A stretch of 64,000 nucleotides of DNA, taken from IMG/VR virus record IMGVR_UViG_3300035698_035275, positions 2,843 to 66,842 of that record; one strand, 5' to 3'. The notes beneath the pieces were generated by a model. That model was not told the origin of the DNA. It ran no database searches and saw only the letters and a list, made by a program, of their open reading frames with translations. This document shows positions 28,631 to 39,098 of the stretch, in pieces; position 1 is the first letter of the stretch; each line of letters begins with the position of its first letter. The stretch comes from a virus. A program made the position numbers and the translations under genes.

Positions 28631-30613
28631 ATGGCTACTGCCAAGATACTAATAAACGGCGCTGCCGGTTCCAATGTCGGGATTACACTGGGATCTACCG
28701 TGCAGCTATCCAATGAGGACAACAGTGGTGTACTGACGCCAGAATGGTCTATGCTGTCTGTTCCACCGGGATCGTCCGCTTCGATAAGTAATCCAGCGGC
28801 CAGTGCTCCTACGTTTATAGCGGACGTAGCAGGCTCATACCTCATAAAGCTGGACGTAAACGACGGTGAATCAGTACATCAAGAGATAGCGGCAGCACTG
28901 GGCGAGAGGACTGATGTAAGAATACCAGCGTACACGGAAACCATGGAATTTGGTGGGCAGGGGTGGGCTGCGTCCCGGTACGCTGACTTAATGAAGATAG
29001 ATCGAATATTGGCGTCTGGTAGTCCGGTAGTGTGTAAAAATGGCACAGGATCCGTCATTGCCAGTAAGAAGATATTGGAGGTTGACTCGGTAGTAATTCC
29101 GGCTAGCGGCGCACCGATTCCGACTATAAGACTTGCATCGGACGGCAGCGAAATAATCGGAATCTATGGGATATGCATGGGCGGCATCGACGGATTACAA
29201 AGCGTTAATGACGGCGACAACCTAATACTGGTGTCGATGGGACCGGCGCTAATGGATACCAGCTCATTTGCAGTAGGGGGCACAATATATGTTGGCGACT
29301 CCGGGGAACCGTCCGACTCCGGAAGCGTTGCGCTGGCTGTGGTACTGGTATCTGGGGTGAATGGTGTGGTGTGGGTAAATCCGCAGGTACCGGGTCCGTC
29401 CGGAGACGGCGGATTTCCACCGGTTGCTGATGGTGGACTGTGGCCGCGATTTATGCTATACGGCGCTCCACTTGACATATACCCATTGCACGTTGGCATA
29501 GACGGCAAATACCCGATTCCCGAGGCTGGAAATGTAAGATGGATGTATGCCATTAGGAACACAGCCGGGGCATCTGGGGAGACACTAGTAAACGCGTATT
29601 TAAACGGATCGCCACTGCTATCCGGTGATGATAGAATATCGTTCGTTAATTACGATGGGGATGAGTCTGTAAAATACTGTATGATAAACGAAGACTGTTC
29701 AGCGGGTGACATCCTGGAAGTCAGGTTGGAGGGCGTCGAGGCTGGAGGTGCTGAAGACTTATATGTTGTATTCCTGGTACAAACGCCCGTACCACCAGCC
29801 AGGTTTGGGTATTCGGCACCATTAATAGGGCCATTTGACGCAATAAACCCGCTGGATTTACCGGCACGACTCGGTAGATTTGTAGTACCGTATAGCGGCG
29901 ATATAAGGTCGCTGTCATTGTGGAGGGGTACCGCTGGCACATCAGGGAGCACGGTAATCACTCTGCTAAAAGTGCAGGCAGCTAGCGGAAGTTACCCCGG
30001 CGAGACGCTAACAGACTTATATCAAGGCTCTTCGAAGCCCACTGCTACCTCACTTGACGGAGACGACTATGTATCCCTGGTTGGTCCTCCTAGCTCTGCA
30101 TCCGTGGTGGCCGGTGACATCCTGGAAGTCAGGTTGGAGGGCGTCGAGGCTGGAGGTGCTGAAGACCTGCATGCATCGCTATCAATAAGTGCCGGTGGTG
30201 ACATGAAGAGCACCATGAGCTTTGAGGTACAAGGCGATGTATCGATACCGTCTTTGCCATTTAGCATGGACGGAAAGCACATAGTAGTCGAAGATGGGGA
30301 GCTACTAAACATATGTATTGCTAGGAGGGTGCCTGGTTCGAGTGGAAGCATATGCATAGATGTAACACTAGATGGTAATTCGGTATTTAGTGGCGGCGCT
30401 CCATACTACTATGGCGGCTGTTATCCGGGTTCTGGTGGTGGCCCTGGTGATGAACTGCTATCCCTGCAAACGGATGAGATGTCAAAGTGCACCGATTCTT
30501 TAGTATTGACGGAAGTTAACAGGGGTGGTATAATAGAGGTATTGGTGGTGTCGGTGGAGGACGGATCACCGGAGGACATAGACGTCACGATTACTACTAA
30601 AATAAACAAGTAG
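28631..30613 (+). CDS. Tail fibre/receptor-binding-like protein (N-terminal PKD-like domain, three C-terminal repeated domains)
   Basis: WSMLSVPPGSSA..PTFIADVAGSY (PKD-like); three GD/GGI.EV..VE.G..ED modules. Confidence 0.6.
   Translation: MATAKILINGAAGSNVGITLGSTVQLSNEDNSGVLTPEWSMLSVPPGSSASISNPAASAPTFIADVAGSYLIKLDVNDGESVHQEIAAALGERTDVRIPAYTETMEFGGQGWAASRYADLMKIDRILASGSPVVCKNGTGSVIASKKILEVDSVVIPASGAPIPTIRLASDGSEIIGIYGICMGGIDGLQSVNDGDNLILVSMGPALMDTSSFAVGGTIYVGDSGEPSDSGSVALAVVLVSGVNGVVWVNPQVPGPSGDGGFPPVADGGLWPRFMLYGAPLDIYPLHVGIDGKYPIPEAGNVRWMYAIRNTAGASGETLVNAYLNGSPLLSGDDRISFVNYDGDESVKYCMINEDCSAGDILEVRLEGVEAGGAEDLYVVFLVQTPVPPARFGYSAPLIGPFDAINPLDLPARLGRFVVPYSGDIRSLSLWRGTAGTSGSTVITLLKVQAASGSYPGETLTDLYQGSSKPTATSLDGDDYVSLVGPPSSASVVAGDILEVRLEGVEAGGAEDLHASLSISAGGDMKSTMSFEVQGDVSIPSLPFSMDGKHIVVEDGELLNICIARRVPGSSGSICIDVTLDGNSVFSGGAPYYYGGCYPGSGGGPGDELLSLQTDEMSKCTDSLVLTEVNRGGIIEVLVVSVEDGSPEDIDVTITTKINK
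29705..30166 (+). repeat. Exact 54-bp direct repeat (29705-29758 and 30113-30166)
   Basis: GGTGACATCCTGGAAGTCAGGTTGGAGGGCGTCGAGGCTGGAGGTGCTGAAGAC identical in both copies. Confidence 0.95.
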
Positions 30614-30634
30614 ATAAATAAAAGGGAGAATAAC

Positions 30635-32527
30635 ATGGGAAGCATACTAGGTAGCATTTTAGGAAGCGCTATAACCGGTCTTAAGGGTGCGCTTGGCGGT
30701 AATGACACCCGTGCTCTGGCCGTGAGGCCGCTGTTGGGGTATGACGAGCTGAACAGGGTAGACAGAAGAGCTATATCCGCCATACTGGGCGCATCGTATC
30801 GGACATACGAGAGAGCCATTCCAATAGGAGTAGTGGCAAGAGATGTAAAGGCTGTAGCCGACTCCAAGTTAAGACCCCTAAGCGACATACACTATATAGA
30901 CGACAATTCAGCCCTGGGTGGCATGTCTGACGGTGCTATAGTACAAACGTTCAAACCCAAGTCATCTCATTTTGGTAAGATGTCCCTGGAAGTGGATCTA
31001 AGGCCAAATGATGAGGCAGCGGACGGATCCGACCTGTCCACTATAGAAGCGTTTGACGATACCGCGTTCATCTCTAACTTCATTTTCCAGACAGGCCCCA
31101 TAGACACGGCCACCATGAACGCTGGCGATGTAGATGCTGAACTGCTAGTCACTAGAGACACAGCCAGCAAGTTTAGCGGTGCCTCGTCCTGTAAGGTGGC
31201 GTTCGAGAGTGTTACAGACGTCTATATTGGAATGGAAAGCTTCGGAGCTACCTATCCTGGTATAAGTGGAGTAGGCAGTGGGGGAGACGTCGTTACAGCA
31301 AGAATCAGATGCCCCGATAGAAACACCCTTCTGTCAAGCGGTGGCCCAAATCAAAGGGCTACCGGAATGCAACCGATAAGACTACACATGACAGATGTTG
31401 GCAGCAACAACGTTTGGGCAGACGGCATTGAAGGCCCCGAAGACTCAAACGGGTGGAAGTTAATAGTGTTCAATCTCAGAGATGCATATTCCGCTAGTGA
31501 CACCGAGTATGACGGGTTTACCGGCGGCGCTAGTATCGATCTGTTTGAGATTGAGGTGCCATTTGGCAACCTGCCACCGGATTCGGAAGTGGGATTGGAC
31601 AACTTAAGGCACTTTACTATTAGCCTGCCGATCAGCTCAATGCTACGCCTGGAGCTGTTCAAATACACTGGCACATTCCCATTACACGGCGGTGTGCTTC
31701 CCGTTGGCCCATACAGCACTGACTTATCGAGTCCATGGACAAAGGTGACTCCGGTTAACTGCGGAGCCAATACCAGTATCGACATGGGCGGCGGCGAATA
31801 CGCGTTTGAGCTGTGTCCAATAGGGGGATATCTTGGCAGGCATAAAGTGGCGTTCGGCACCATATTCGGAAAGCCTCCGGTGGCTATCGACTCTAGCCAA
31901 ATGGACTATCCCGGCGATACGATAGAGGCTAACGCTACCTATGCATTCGCTATTACCTGCCCCCACATTGACCCCAATCTACTGATGCATGTGCTGGGGT
32001 TTGATGAGGACTCCGGTTATCAGAGCGGCAGAGCGTTCAAGTCGTCAGACACCGGGGTCACAATAACAGAGGCTAACGCTATCGATAGCCAGTGCTCCTG
32101 CGAATACTCCTATGAGGTGTACGATAAAGAGTGTGTAATGGACGAAATAGACTCATTCTCCGAATACGTTCCGTCTGGGAGGGTGTCAAGCGGGTTCGAT
32201 TACTCCCACATGCTGACACCGTATTACGGCGATGACTTCGTGGAGCAAGAGGCACCAGCTATCGTACAGGTTCTGGACAGCTCGGGCAATATACTATGGA
32301 GAGAAGAGGTTCCATCTCCACTGTCTCCTTATGTATACCCCAGTAGGGCGCTTAACGGCCAAGCAGGATCGGCGGCTATGGATAGGAAAGGGCTTCCGAT
32401 ACACCTTCCTGCCGGTAGTACGCTGTTGATACAGCAGTCGTGCAGCAGGGCATCGATGAGGACCGCTAGTAGAGCCGTTAATGTGAAGATGTCACTCAGG
32501 CACGATGGCGATTTAACCAACACATAA
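30635..32527 (+). CDS. Putative virion (tail-associated) protein
   Basis: GGGAG RBS; 630 aa acidic beta-rich ORF in tail operon. Confidence 0.55.
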   Translation: MGSILGSILGSAITGLKGALGGNDTRALAVRPLLGYDELNRVDRRAISAILGASYRTYERAIPIGVVARDVKAVADSKLRPLSDIHYIDDNSALGGMSDGAIVQTFKPKSSHFGKMSLEVDLRPNDEAADGSDLSTIEAFDDTAFISNFIFQTGPIDTATMNAGDVDAELLVTRDTASKFSGASSCKVAFESVTDVYIGMESFGATYPGISGVGSGGDVVTARIRCPDRNTLLSSGGPNQRATGMQPIRLHMTDVGSNNVWADGIEGPEDSNGWKLIVFNLRDAYSASDTEYDGFTGGASIDLFEIEVPFGNLPPDSEVGLDNLRHFTISLPISSMLRLELFKYTGTFPLHGGVLPVGPYSTDLSSPWTKVTPVNCGANTSIDMGGGEYAFELCPIGGYLGRHKVAFGTIFGKPPVAIDSSQMDYPGDTIEANATYAFAITCPHIDPNLLMHVLGFDEDSGYQSGRAFKSSDTGVTITEANAIDSQCSCEYSYEVYDKECVMDEIDSFSEYVPSGRVSSGFDYSHMLTPYYGDDFVEQEAPAIVQVLDSSGNILWREEVPSPLSPYVYPSRALNGQAGSAAMDRKGLPIHLPAGSTLLIQQSCSRASMRTASRAVNVKMSLRHDGDLTNT

Positions 32528-32540
32528 ACGGGAGTATCAA

Positions 32541-33599
32541 ATGTCGGCAAATAAGGGATGGGGAATAGCACCGTGGGGGGATGACCCATGGGGCGGCGTT
32601 TCACCCGCTGACGTCCCAGACATAAATTGGTCATTTGAAGTCTCGGATGGGGAGGACCCACCAGGTGCCGACAAGTGGACTCACACCCTATCAGGCGATG
32701 CTTATTTGATAGCTCTGTTTGCTGACGTGTACGAGTACGAGTCATGGCTGTTGTCGGGCTACAAGTTCAGCCTTGGCACAGCCGTATATGTGGCTGACTT
32801 TACACGTGGAGACGGCACCGATACAATGGCTGAGTCGTTTGAGACTGAATGGATGGGCAATACCTATTACATGTTCTCACTATTGGGATCTAACTCAGTT
32901 ATTGCGCTATTTGACTCCGGGCTAGTAGACGTTGAGGACATGAGTGGCAAATGGGGGCATGGCGCTGTCGAGCCGACAGAATACATGTGGGCAGCATATA
33001 GGTCGTCGTTTACTATGGACATATGGTCGACAGAGATAGAATCTGCTACGGTTAACGACCATTCGACTATTACAATAGCAAAGTCCAGCCTGTTAGGTGA
33101 TAGGCCAGTATATACTAGGTATGAATTGGCACTGCAAGCCGGTTCATATTCCCCGTCTGATATAGCGTCTGTATTAAATACGTGGTTCTCTGACTCTGGC
33201 CCGTCCGGGTGGTCGGCGTCAGTAGTCGGTAGCACTGTTAAAGTGACTGCCGCCTTTGAGTCCGGGGTGTTCTACGAATTGCTTGCCCCGTCCGAGAGTT
33301 CGTATACCGACGCATGGCCGGTGTTTGGCTTTATGATTGGCTCACTGTCTAGGATCGTCACGGGCGACTTAGGAATACATACCCCAGTGCCGGACGCTGA
33401 CGGGTTCGAGACGTCATGGGGTTCTAGTGGGGAAATATATCAAAATATGGACGACAGAGGAGACGGCACGGGGTATGACTACATCGACCCATCAGGGGTA
33501 CCCGTTGTAGACCTAGATGCATCGTACTTTACACACGGGAATTATTTCGAACCGTTCTATGCACCAGATTGGGGCGGGTCTGAAGACCCTATAGCATAA
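32541..33599 (+). CDS. Putative virion structural protein
   Basis: GWG.APWG.DPWG N-terminus; aromatic/acidic composition. Confidence 0.55.
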   Translation: MSANKGWGIAPWGDDPWGGVSPADVPDINWSFEVSDGEDPPGADKWTHTLSGDAYLIALFADVYEYESWLLSGYKFSLGTAVYVADFTRGDGTDTMAESFETEWMGNTYYMFSLLGSNSVIALFDSGLVDVEDMSGKWGHGAVEPTEYMWAAYRSSFTMDIWSTEIESATVNDHSTITIAKSSLLGDRPVYTRYELALQAGSYSPSDIASVLNTWFSDSGPSGWSASVVGSTVKVTAAFESGVFYELLAPSESSYTDAWPVFGFMIGSLSRIVTGDLGIHTPVPDADGFETSWGSSGEIYQNMDDRGDGTGYDYIDPSGVPVVDLDASYFTHGNYFEPFYAPDWGGSEDPIA

Positions 33600-33612
33600 T
33601 GGAGGATATAAT

Positions 33613-34386
33613 ATGTCTTTGGTAGACTGGACTGTAATGGATGGCAGCTTGGACGGCACCAACTGGGTAGGTACAATAGTAAAAAGAGGAGTCACATCCG
33701 GCATCAGTGGGCCACCGGGCAGCACTCACTTTGTATTTGGATTTAACTCCACTCAGATCACTGATGGGGCGGTGGCTATATCGTGCTCAATAGCTAACTT
33801 TGGGCCTATTGAACCCCGTCCCGTTCATTCCGGATCAGGTGGTGGTGGTGGATCGATACGTGGGTGTGTAAAGAGGGGGCAAAGTGCCGGTAAGACCGGA
33901 TTTAGTCCATTCCTGTTTATAGGTGCCAACCTTAACGACGTGCAGGCGACGACGTATATGCTTGGGCTAGAGGATGCCGACCCCAATAGGATAGTGCTGG
34001 TAAAGGGGCAGATACAGCATGGAGTGCCCAGTGTTGACGCACCTGGCACGCAGACGGTATTGAGATGCTCCCAGAATGTGTACGACTGGGACAAATGGCA
34101 TCACCTGAGACTGGACATGATCGTAAACGATAATGGGGACGTCGTATTGTACGCATACGAGAATGACCTGGATACCAATAACTGCAATGCCCCCGTGTGG
34201 ACCCCGATTGAATTTAATGACGGGCTGGAGTACCCAGACGGTGTATACGTCGATGACTCGTTGGGCGTAATGACGGAATCCGACCCACTGTTATCTGGGT
34301 ATTTGGGGTTCGGGTTTGAGGTATCGAATTCGGCCAGAAGAGGCTATTTCGACCATATGGAAGTAATGAGACAGAAGGCCCCGTAA
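33613..34386 (+). CDS. Putative virion protein (lectin-like beta-sandwich)
   Basis: GGAGG RBS; WHHLRLDM..GYLGFGF..YFDH pattern typical of ConA-like folds. Confidence 0.55.
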   Translation: MSLVDWTVMDGSLDGTNWVGTIVKRGVTSGISGPPGSTHFVFGFNSTQITDGAVAISCSIANFGPIEPRPVHSGSGGGGGSIRGCVKRGQSAGKTGFSPFLFIGANLNDVQATTYMLGLEDADPNRIVLVKGQIQHGVPSVDAPGTQTVLRCSQNVYDWDKWHHLRLDMIVNDNGDVVLYAYENDLDTNNCNAPVWTPIEFNDGLEYPDGVYVDDSLGVMTESDPLLSGYLGFGFEVSNSARRGYFDHMEVMRQKAP

Positions 34387-35174
34387 TGAGTGAAAAGTCA
34401 GCATATTGGTCTGGAGAAAAGGGCGTTAATTGGGGCAGGGTAATGCCTACTCCTTGGACTGCGCCACATGGGGACTGGGTGTTTTGCCTAGGCGTGCAGG
34501 GGGTAAGCACCTCTATGCCTAGTGATCACTCAGAGAGCATGCCAGTAATGGAGATGATTATCAACCCAGACGGCGAATATGGAGACTCTGAGAATCAGCT
34601 ATCCGGGTGGTCGCTGTCCGGAGCCGGGTATATTAACTCTGATTCTGGTGTGTTGTATTGGAAGCTTACTAATCCGTCCACTCCTACTGTTGGCATATAT
34701 AGGGACTCCCTAGGGGCATTACCGGTGGCACTCGGTAGCCTTCCTTCTGGTGTGTCTGGTCAAATAACGCTGTCAGAGGTGGGCGGGTCTGGAATAACCG
34801 GAAGCGTAAATGTTGATTACTCACTTGACGACATAGACGTTGCAAATAATAAGCTTATACTGGTTAAACAGTGGTCTACGAAGTCCATAGATCTCCCGTA
34901 TGGAATAAAGGTAGGGGATAGAAGAGAGGTAAAGCAGAGCATAAGCCTTACCGGAATAAATGTGCTAAGAATGGCAGCACATATCAATGCTCCGAGCCAA
35001 TCACCAGATGGAACCGCGTGGGAAGTCAGTATACTGATAGACGGCACCAAAAAGTCAAGAATGAGGATAAACTCAATAAGAACTAGAACCAGGTACGATA
35101 TGGCAGCTAATACTAGTAAGCTAGACGGCAGCCATTTGGTATCATTTAGATTAGAGCTGGTGTCGAATGGCTGA
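34386..35174 (+). CDS. Putative virion structural protein
   Basis: Coupled 262-aa ORF in tail operon. Confidence 0.55.
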   Translation: MSEKSAYWSGEKGVNWGRVMPTPWTAPHGDWVFCLGVQGVSTSMPSDHSESMPVMEMIINPDGEYGDSENQLSGWSLSGAGYINSDSGVLYWKLTNPSTPTVGIYRDSLGALPVALGSLPSGVSGQITLSEVGGSGITGSVNVDYSLDDIDVANNKLILVKQWSTKSIDLPYGIKVGDRREVKQSISLTGINVLRMAAHINAPSQSPDGTAWEVSILIDGTKKSRMRINSIRTRTRYDMAANTSKLDGSHLVSFRLELVSNG

Positions 35175-37167
35175 ATATAGAATACCGTTTATTGGCGTAG
35201 ATACAATAATCCTAGACACGGATGATACTAGGCCAATAACGATAAACAGGGACCCGGAGCCGTATGAAACCGGGGTGCCAGTTAGCACGACCATAAGCCT
35301 CGAAATAATGGACCCTGAGCATGACGGAATAGACCTATCTGGTACCAGTGTATACATAGATGGTGTACTAGCGTTTGACGGGTCGGCGTATGATGGATCG
35401 GCTGAGTCAGTATTTGCTACTGGGTTTAATGGCAGCGAGTCGGCATTTATTACAACATCCGACTCGTTGATAATAGCAATAGACCCCGAGTTAGATTTTG
35501 TATCCCTAAACAGAACCAATATAAGGGTGAAGACCTGCACAAACGGGCTGCACCCAGGCATAATCGATCTCCCGTACTCATTCTGGATAGAAGATAAGAC
35601 AGCACCGACTATCGCTAGTGCTGTGGCGTGGGGGCAAAAAAAGGTAAGGGTGACGTTCAAGCAACCTATGACACAGAACGATATGACAATATCTGGCGTG
35701 ACCGCAATAATGCCATGGGGGGTGGAGTCCCTTGTGTACAACAAGTCACTCGGTAGGTATGTGCTAAACGATGTGTCATACCCATATGTCAGTAGCTCCA
35801 TTGAAGCGTTCGCATTAAAGCACCTCGACACTATATATATATCTATTGACGGAAAGGCCGCGCAGACATTCCGATTTCTGCTGTCGTCATTTAATGACAT
35901 ATCTAGTGCCACAGCAAACGAGGTGGCGTTATTCCTTAACGATGCGGTGCCTGGGGCGTCGTCATGGTCTAAGGATGGAATGGTGTATTTGAGGTCTGAC
36001 AATCAAGCCGGTTCAGTGCAGGTAGTCGGCGGTACTGCAAACGCTGAATTATCGTTCTCCGACTCCCTGCAGATTAGAACGCTGCCATACGGGACGGTTG
36101 ACGGCGAGTACGCAATAGCAGCATTCGCTGAATATTCTAACGGGGCTATCGGGGAGAGAAGAGCGTTTTATGAGTTATCCAGACACGATGACTCGTTTGT
36201 ACTAGAAATGGTGTCTGAAGCTATGGACGGCACGACAGCCGCTAATCATAACAACTACGTTATGGAGCGTGTGAATGACAGCATGACACCGACTGTCAAC
36301 GTGTCCATTGTCTCTGCGGAAATGACAAGCTCTGGGGTAGTGGAGCTATCAATAGATATACCAATGACACCGGGGTCACCGTATAAGCTGACGGCATCCG
36401 GTGTAAAAGATGCTAGCGGGAATGTAATAGTAGAGCCACTTAATGAAGCGCTGTTCACCGGGTGGGTGCCACAAACCCCGTCCGGCAGAAGATTTGATTT
36501 ATGGAAGATGGTTCCTGAAGCGGTTAGGAATAAGGACAGCACCGGGGATCATAGAAGAATAATAGGATGCATGCAGGAAGCTCTTAATCTGGTTCTACAC
36601 GACATAGACACTCTATACACCACGTGGAGCGCGTTGGACGCCAGTGACGAATTTGTGCAGGCAATGCTATATGATCTTGGTAATCCGTTTTCGTGGCTTG
36701 AGATTAATGCTGATACCAGTCGAAAGCTGGTGCTTAACTTAGTTAAAATATACAAGTCAAAGGGAACCAGTCCAGGCATAAAGGCCGTATTAAGGCTATT
36801 GATGGCGGTAGAGGCGGATGTAATACCCTTTGACGACGATTCCGAGGTGTGGGTATTAGGTATGTCAGAGCTAGGCATTGGCACGACACTTGGGATAGAC
36901 TCCGTAAGATACATAAGGTCGTTTAATATTAAGGTGAATACAATAGGCGGCGCAGAAAGAAATCTCACTGATGCTGAGAAGCTGACTGCTAGGAAGCTAA
37001 TAAACTATATGAAGGCCGCTAACGAGCATTTTATAGACTTCATCGAACCAGTACAGGAGGACGAATCAACGGCATGGGTATTGGGTGTGTCAGAACTTGG
37101 TGGGCTGACATTAGATGGCGTCGAAGAGGGTGAAACCGAGTTAGCGGATGAGGAAGAAGGAGAATAA
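35167..37167 (+). CDS. Baseplate wedge protein (C-terminal P2 gpI-like domain, N-terminal Ig-like domains)
   Basis: DLWKMVP..LYDLGNPF..RKL..IYKSKGT..GI..YMKAANEHF. Confidence 0.75.
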   Translation: MAEYRIPFIGVDTIILDTDDTRPITINRDPEPYETGVPVSTTISLEIMDPEHDGIDLSGTSVYIDGVLAFDGSAYDGSAESVFATGFNGSESAFITTSDSLIIAIDPELDFVSLNRTNIRVKTCTNGLHPGIIDLPYSFWIEDKTAPTIASAVAWGQKKVRVTFKQPMTQNDMTISGVTAIMPWGVESLVYNKSLGRYVLNDVSYPYVSSSIEAFALKHLDTIYISIDGKAAQTFRFLLSSFNDISSATANEVALFLNDAVPGASSWSKDGMVYLRSDNQAGSVQVVGGTANAELSFSDSLQIRTLPYGTVDGEYAIAAFAEYSNGAIGERRAFYELSRHDDSFVLEMVSEAMDGTTAANHNNYVMERVNDSMTPTVNVSIVSAEMTSSGVVELSIDIPMTPGSPYKLTASGVKDASGNVIVEPLNEALFTGWVPQTPSGRRFDLWKMVPEAVRNKDSTGDHRRIIGCMQEALNLVLHDIDTLYTTWSALDASDEFVQAMLYDLGNPFSWLEINADTSRKLVLNLVKIYKSKGTSPGIKAVLRLLMAVEADVIPFDDDSEVWVLGMSELGIGTTLGIDSVRYIRSFNIKVNTIGGAERNLTDAEKLTARKLINYMKAANEHFIDFIEPVQEDESTAWVLGVSELGGLTLDGVEEGETELADEEEGE

Positions 37168-37169
37168 CC

Positions 37170-38735
37170 GTGGACAAAATTGACTATTATTTCAAGCTGG
37201 TAGTTAGGGAGACGCACCTTGACTGGTCCTTCCAGAAGGTAGAGGAGTATATCTGGAAGTCGGCCAAATACGCATTTGGCCCTGGCATAATAGAAGGCGG
37301 TGGAGTAACACCCACTACCCCAGATGCCAGCCTAGCCGCAGTAGTAGGGGACCTTAAACTGGTAGACAAACAAGGCAGATATGTCGGTAAGGTTGCTGAC
37401 ACTACAGTCAACTGCTCGGTAGACAAAGACGGAATATCGACCGTCGACGACCTGACAGCAGGGCAGGGTAGGTGGCTGACTATAGGGTGCGCGTTAAGCA
37501 GGGATAACTCAGATCCGAAGGTCGATGGCAACGGTAACACGGTGTATATGTATGCCACTGACTCATACGAGGTGTTTGTGGTGGCCGGTGCCAAGGGCGG
37601 GCTAGATGGGTCCGGGGTGCCTCTGGCCGATAAACCCAGTCTACCTGGTAGCTATGAGTCTTCGGACGACTTTAGGCCGGATGCGCTGATACTGGCTGAC
37701 ATAAAGATACAGCAGACGGCGCAATCGATAATATCCGGAGACATTGACTACACCAGGCGTGAGAATTGGATTCGTAAGACCGGGTACACACACATAGCAT
37801 CGGATGTGCTGGTAGCTGGCACTGCTAAAGAAGCCCTTATTCAGTTCGCTGACTGGCTTGACGCCTACCTTGGTGGGATGGCTACAGTCGGATTCTGGGA
37901 CAACATAGGCGCAAACGAGGGGCAGGGATTTGCCGACTTAACAACCCTGTCAGCAGGGACGACCGTCACCATAAACACTGTATTTGACGCTCTTATAGCC
38001 GCATATACAGCAAAAGGTGGAGCGGGGAAAATCGGTTGTACTGGGGCTTCCGTTGGGTCAGGTTCGGGGACAATAGGTCTACCTGATGGGACGCTACAAG
38101 ATGCCGTCCATTACCTCCTTGCGCTTGTCTACTCTGAGTCCCTGTCACGGGCGGCAGTTGATGCGACCAAATACGATAAGACAGGCGGAGAAGTCTCAGG
38201 GGATATCTACCCTGATGCTAACGGAATAAGAGCACTAGGGAAGCCAACAGTGCGCTTTAACGGGATTTTCCTAAAGAAAGAAACAAAAGGAAAGACGTTT
38301 TTTGCATCACAAGCGCAACCAATAACCGTTGCAGGCGTTGATTCCGGTTGGGACTTTAAGAATAATGACGGTGAATACTGGGAGTCTACAGGGGGACCCG
38401 GGCCGCAACTCGTGTTGCCGATTAACTTGCCGACCGGCGCTATATTCTCAGACTTATTAATTGGTATTGGCTTGTGGGGTGCTGGTGTAAATAAGTCAAT
38501 TACATGCACACTATTAAGTCAGTCAGCATTTGCTAAGGGGTCAACAGTTATAGCCACAGAAAGTCAAACAGTCATTGACGACCTTGACCGGGCTTTTATC
38601 TTCACAAGTCCAATCCTCCCAGAGACGACTATCGTTACCGAAACAAAATACTATCTGGTTATACAGGGTGGAGTGGGGGTTGTATTTTATGGTGCAAGTG
38701 CAACTGGGGAATTTGATCAGGCTATTTCACTATAA
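37170..38735 (+). CDS. Tail fibre / receptor-binding protein
   Basis: AAGGAG RBS; last large tail gene; YDKTGG.VSGDI.P fibre-type motif. Confidence 0.6.
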   Translation: MDKIDYYFKLVVRETHLDWSFQKVEEYIWKSAKYAFGPGIIEGGGVTPTTPDASLAAVVGDLKLVDKQGRYVGKVADTTVNCSVDKDGISTVDDLTAGQGRWLTIGCALSRDNSDPKVDGNGNTVYMYATDSYEVFVVAGAKGGLDGSGVPLADKPSLPGSYESSDDFRPDALILADIKIQQTAQSIISGDIDYTRRENWIRKTGYTHIASDVLVAGTAKEALIQFADWLDAYLGGMATVGFWDNIGANEGQGFADLTTLSAGTTVTINTVFDALIAAYTAKGGAGKIGCTGASVGSGSGTIGLPDGTLQDAVHYLLALVYSESLSRAAVDATKYDKTGGEVSGDIYPDANGIRALGKPTVRFNGIFLKKETKGKTFFASQAQPITVAGVDSGWDFKNNDGEYWESTGGPGPQLVLPINLPTGAIFSDLLIGIGLWGAGVNKSITCTLLSQSAFAKGSTVIATESQTVIDDLDRAFIFTSPILPETTIVTETKYYLVIQGGVGVVFYGASATGEFDQAISL

Positions 38736-38756
38736 CCTATTAGCTAAGGGGAGCGG

Positions 38757-39098
38757 ATGATTACTGTAATTGCCACTGCTACTATTGCCACTGCCACTGC
38801 CGCTGCTCAAGTGGAGCCTAGTGTAGTAATTCCAATGTGGATTATATGGCTGATAACCTCGGTGTTAGCCGCTGCCGGTGGGCTGGTGGCGTTCTTCCTA
38901 AATCGAATATTAGGGGAGTTCGATAGGATGAAATCTAGCTTAGAAGAAATGCGTATGTATTCCGAGCAGGAATTTGTCAAGCGCTCTGATTGCGCAGACA
39001 GAGCATCTAGATTTGGGCTTAGGCTGGAGAAGACGGAGACGGGCATTAACGACATCAAAATACACTGTGCTGAAACGCACGGCGGGAAGGGCAAATGA
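38757..39098 (+). CDS. Membrane protein with coiled-coil tail (holin-like)
   Basis: Hydrophobic IIWLITSVLAAAGGLVAFFL followed by charged helix; end of late operon. Confidence 0.5.
   Translation: MITVIATATIATATAAAQVEPSVVIPMWIIWLITSVLAAAGGLVAFFLNRILGEFDRMKSSLEEMRMYSEQEFVKRSDCADRASRFGLRLEKTETGINDIKIHCAETHGGKGK

Noticed and set aside
29705-30166. Diversity-generating retroelement TR/VR pair
   Set aside because: Copies are identical with no adenine-specific mismatches, and no reverse transcriptase is in the window
16683-38735. Extracellular contractile injection system or tailocin
   Set aside because: Contiguous with portal, protease, capsid, neck and a full replication module, so it is a phage tail
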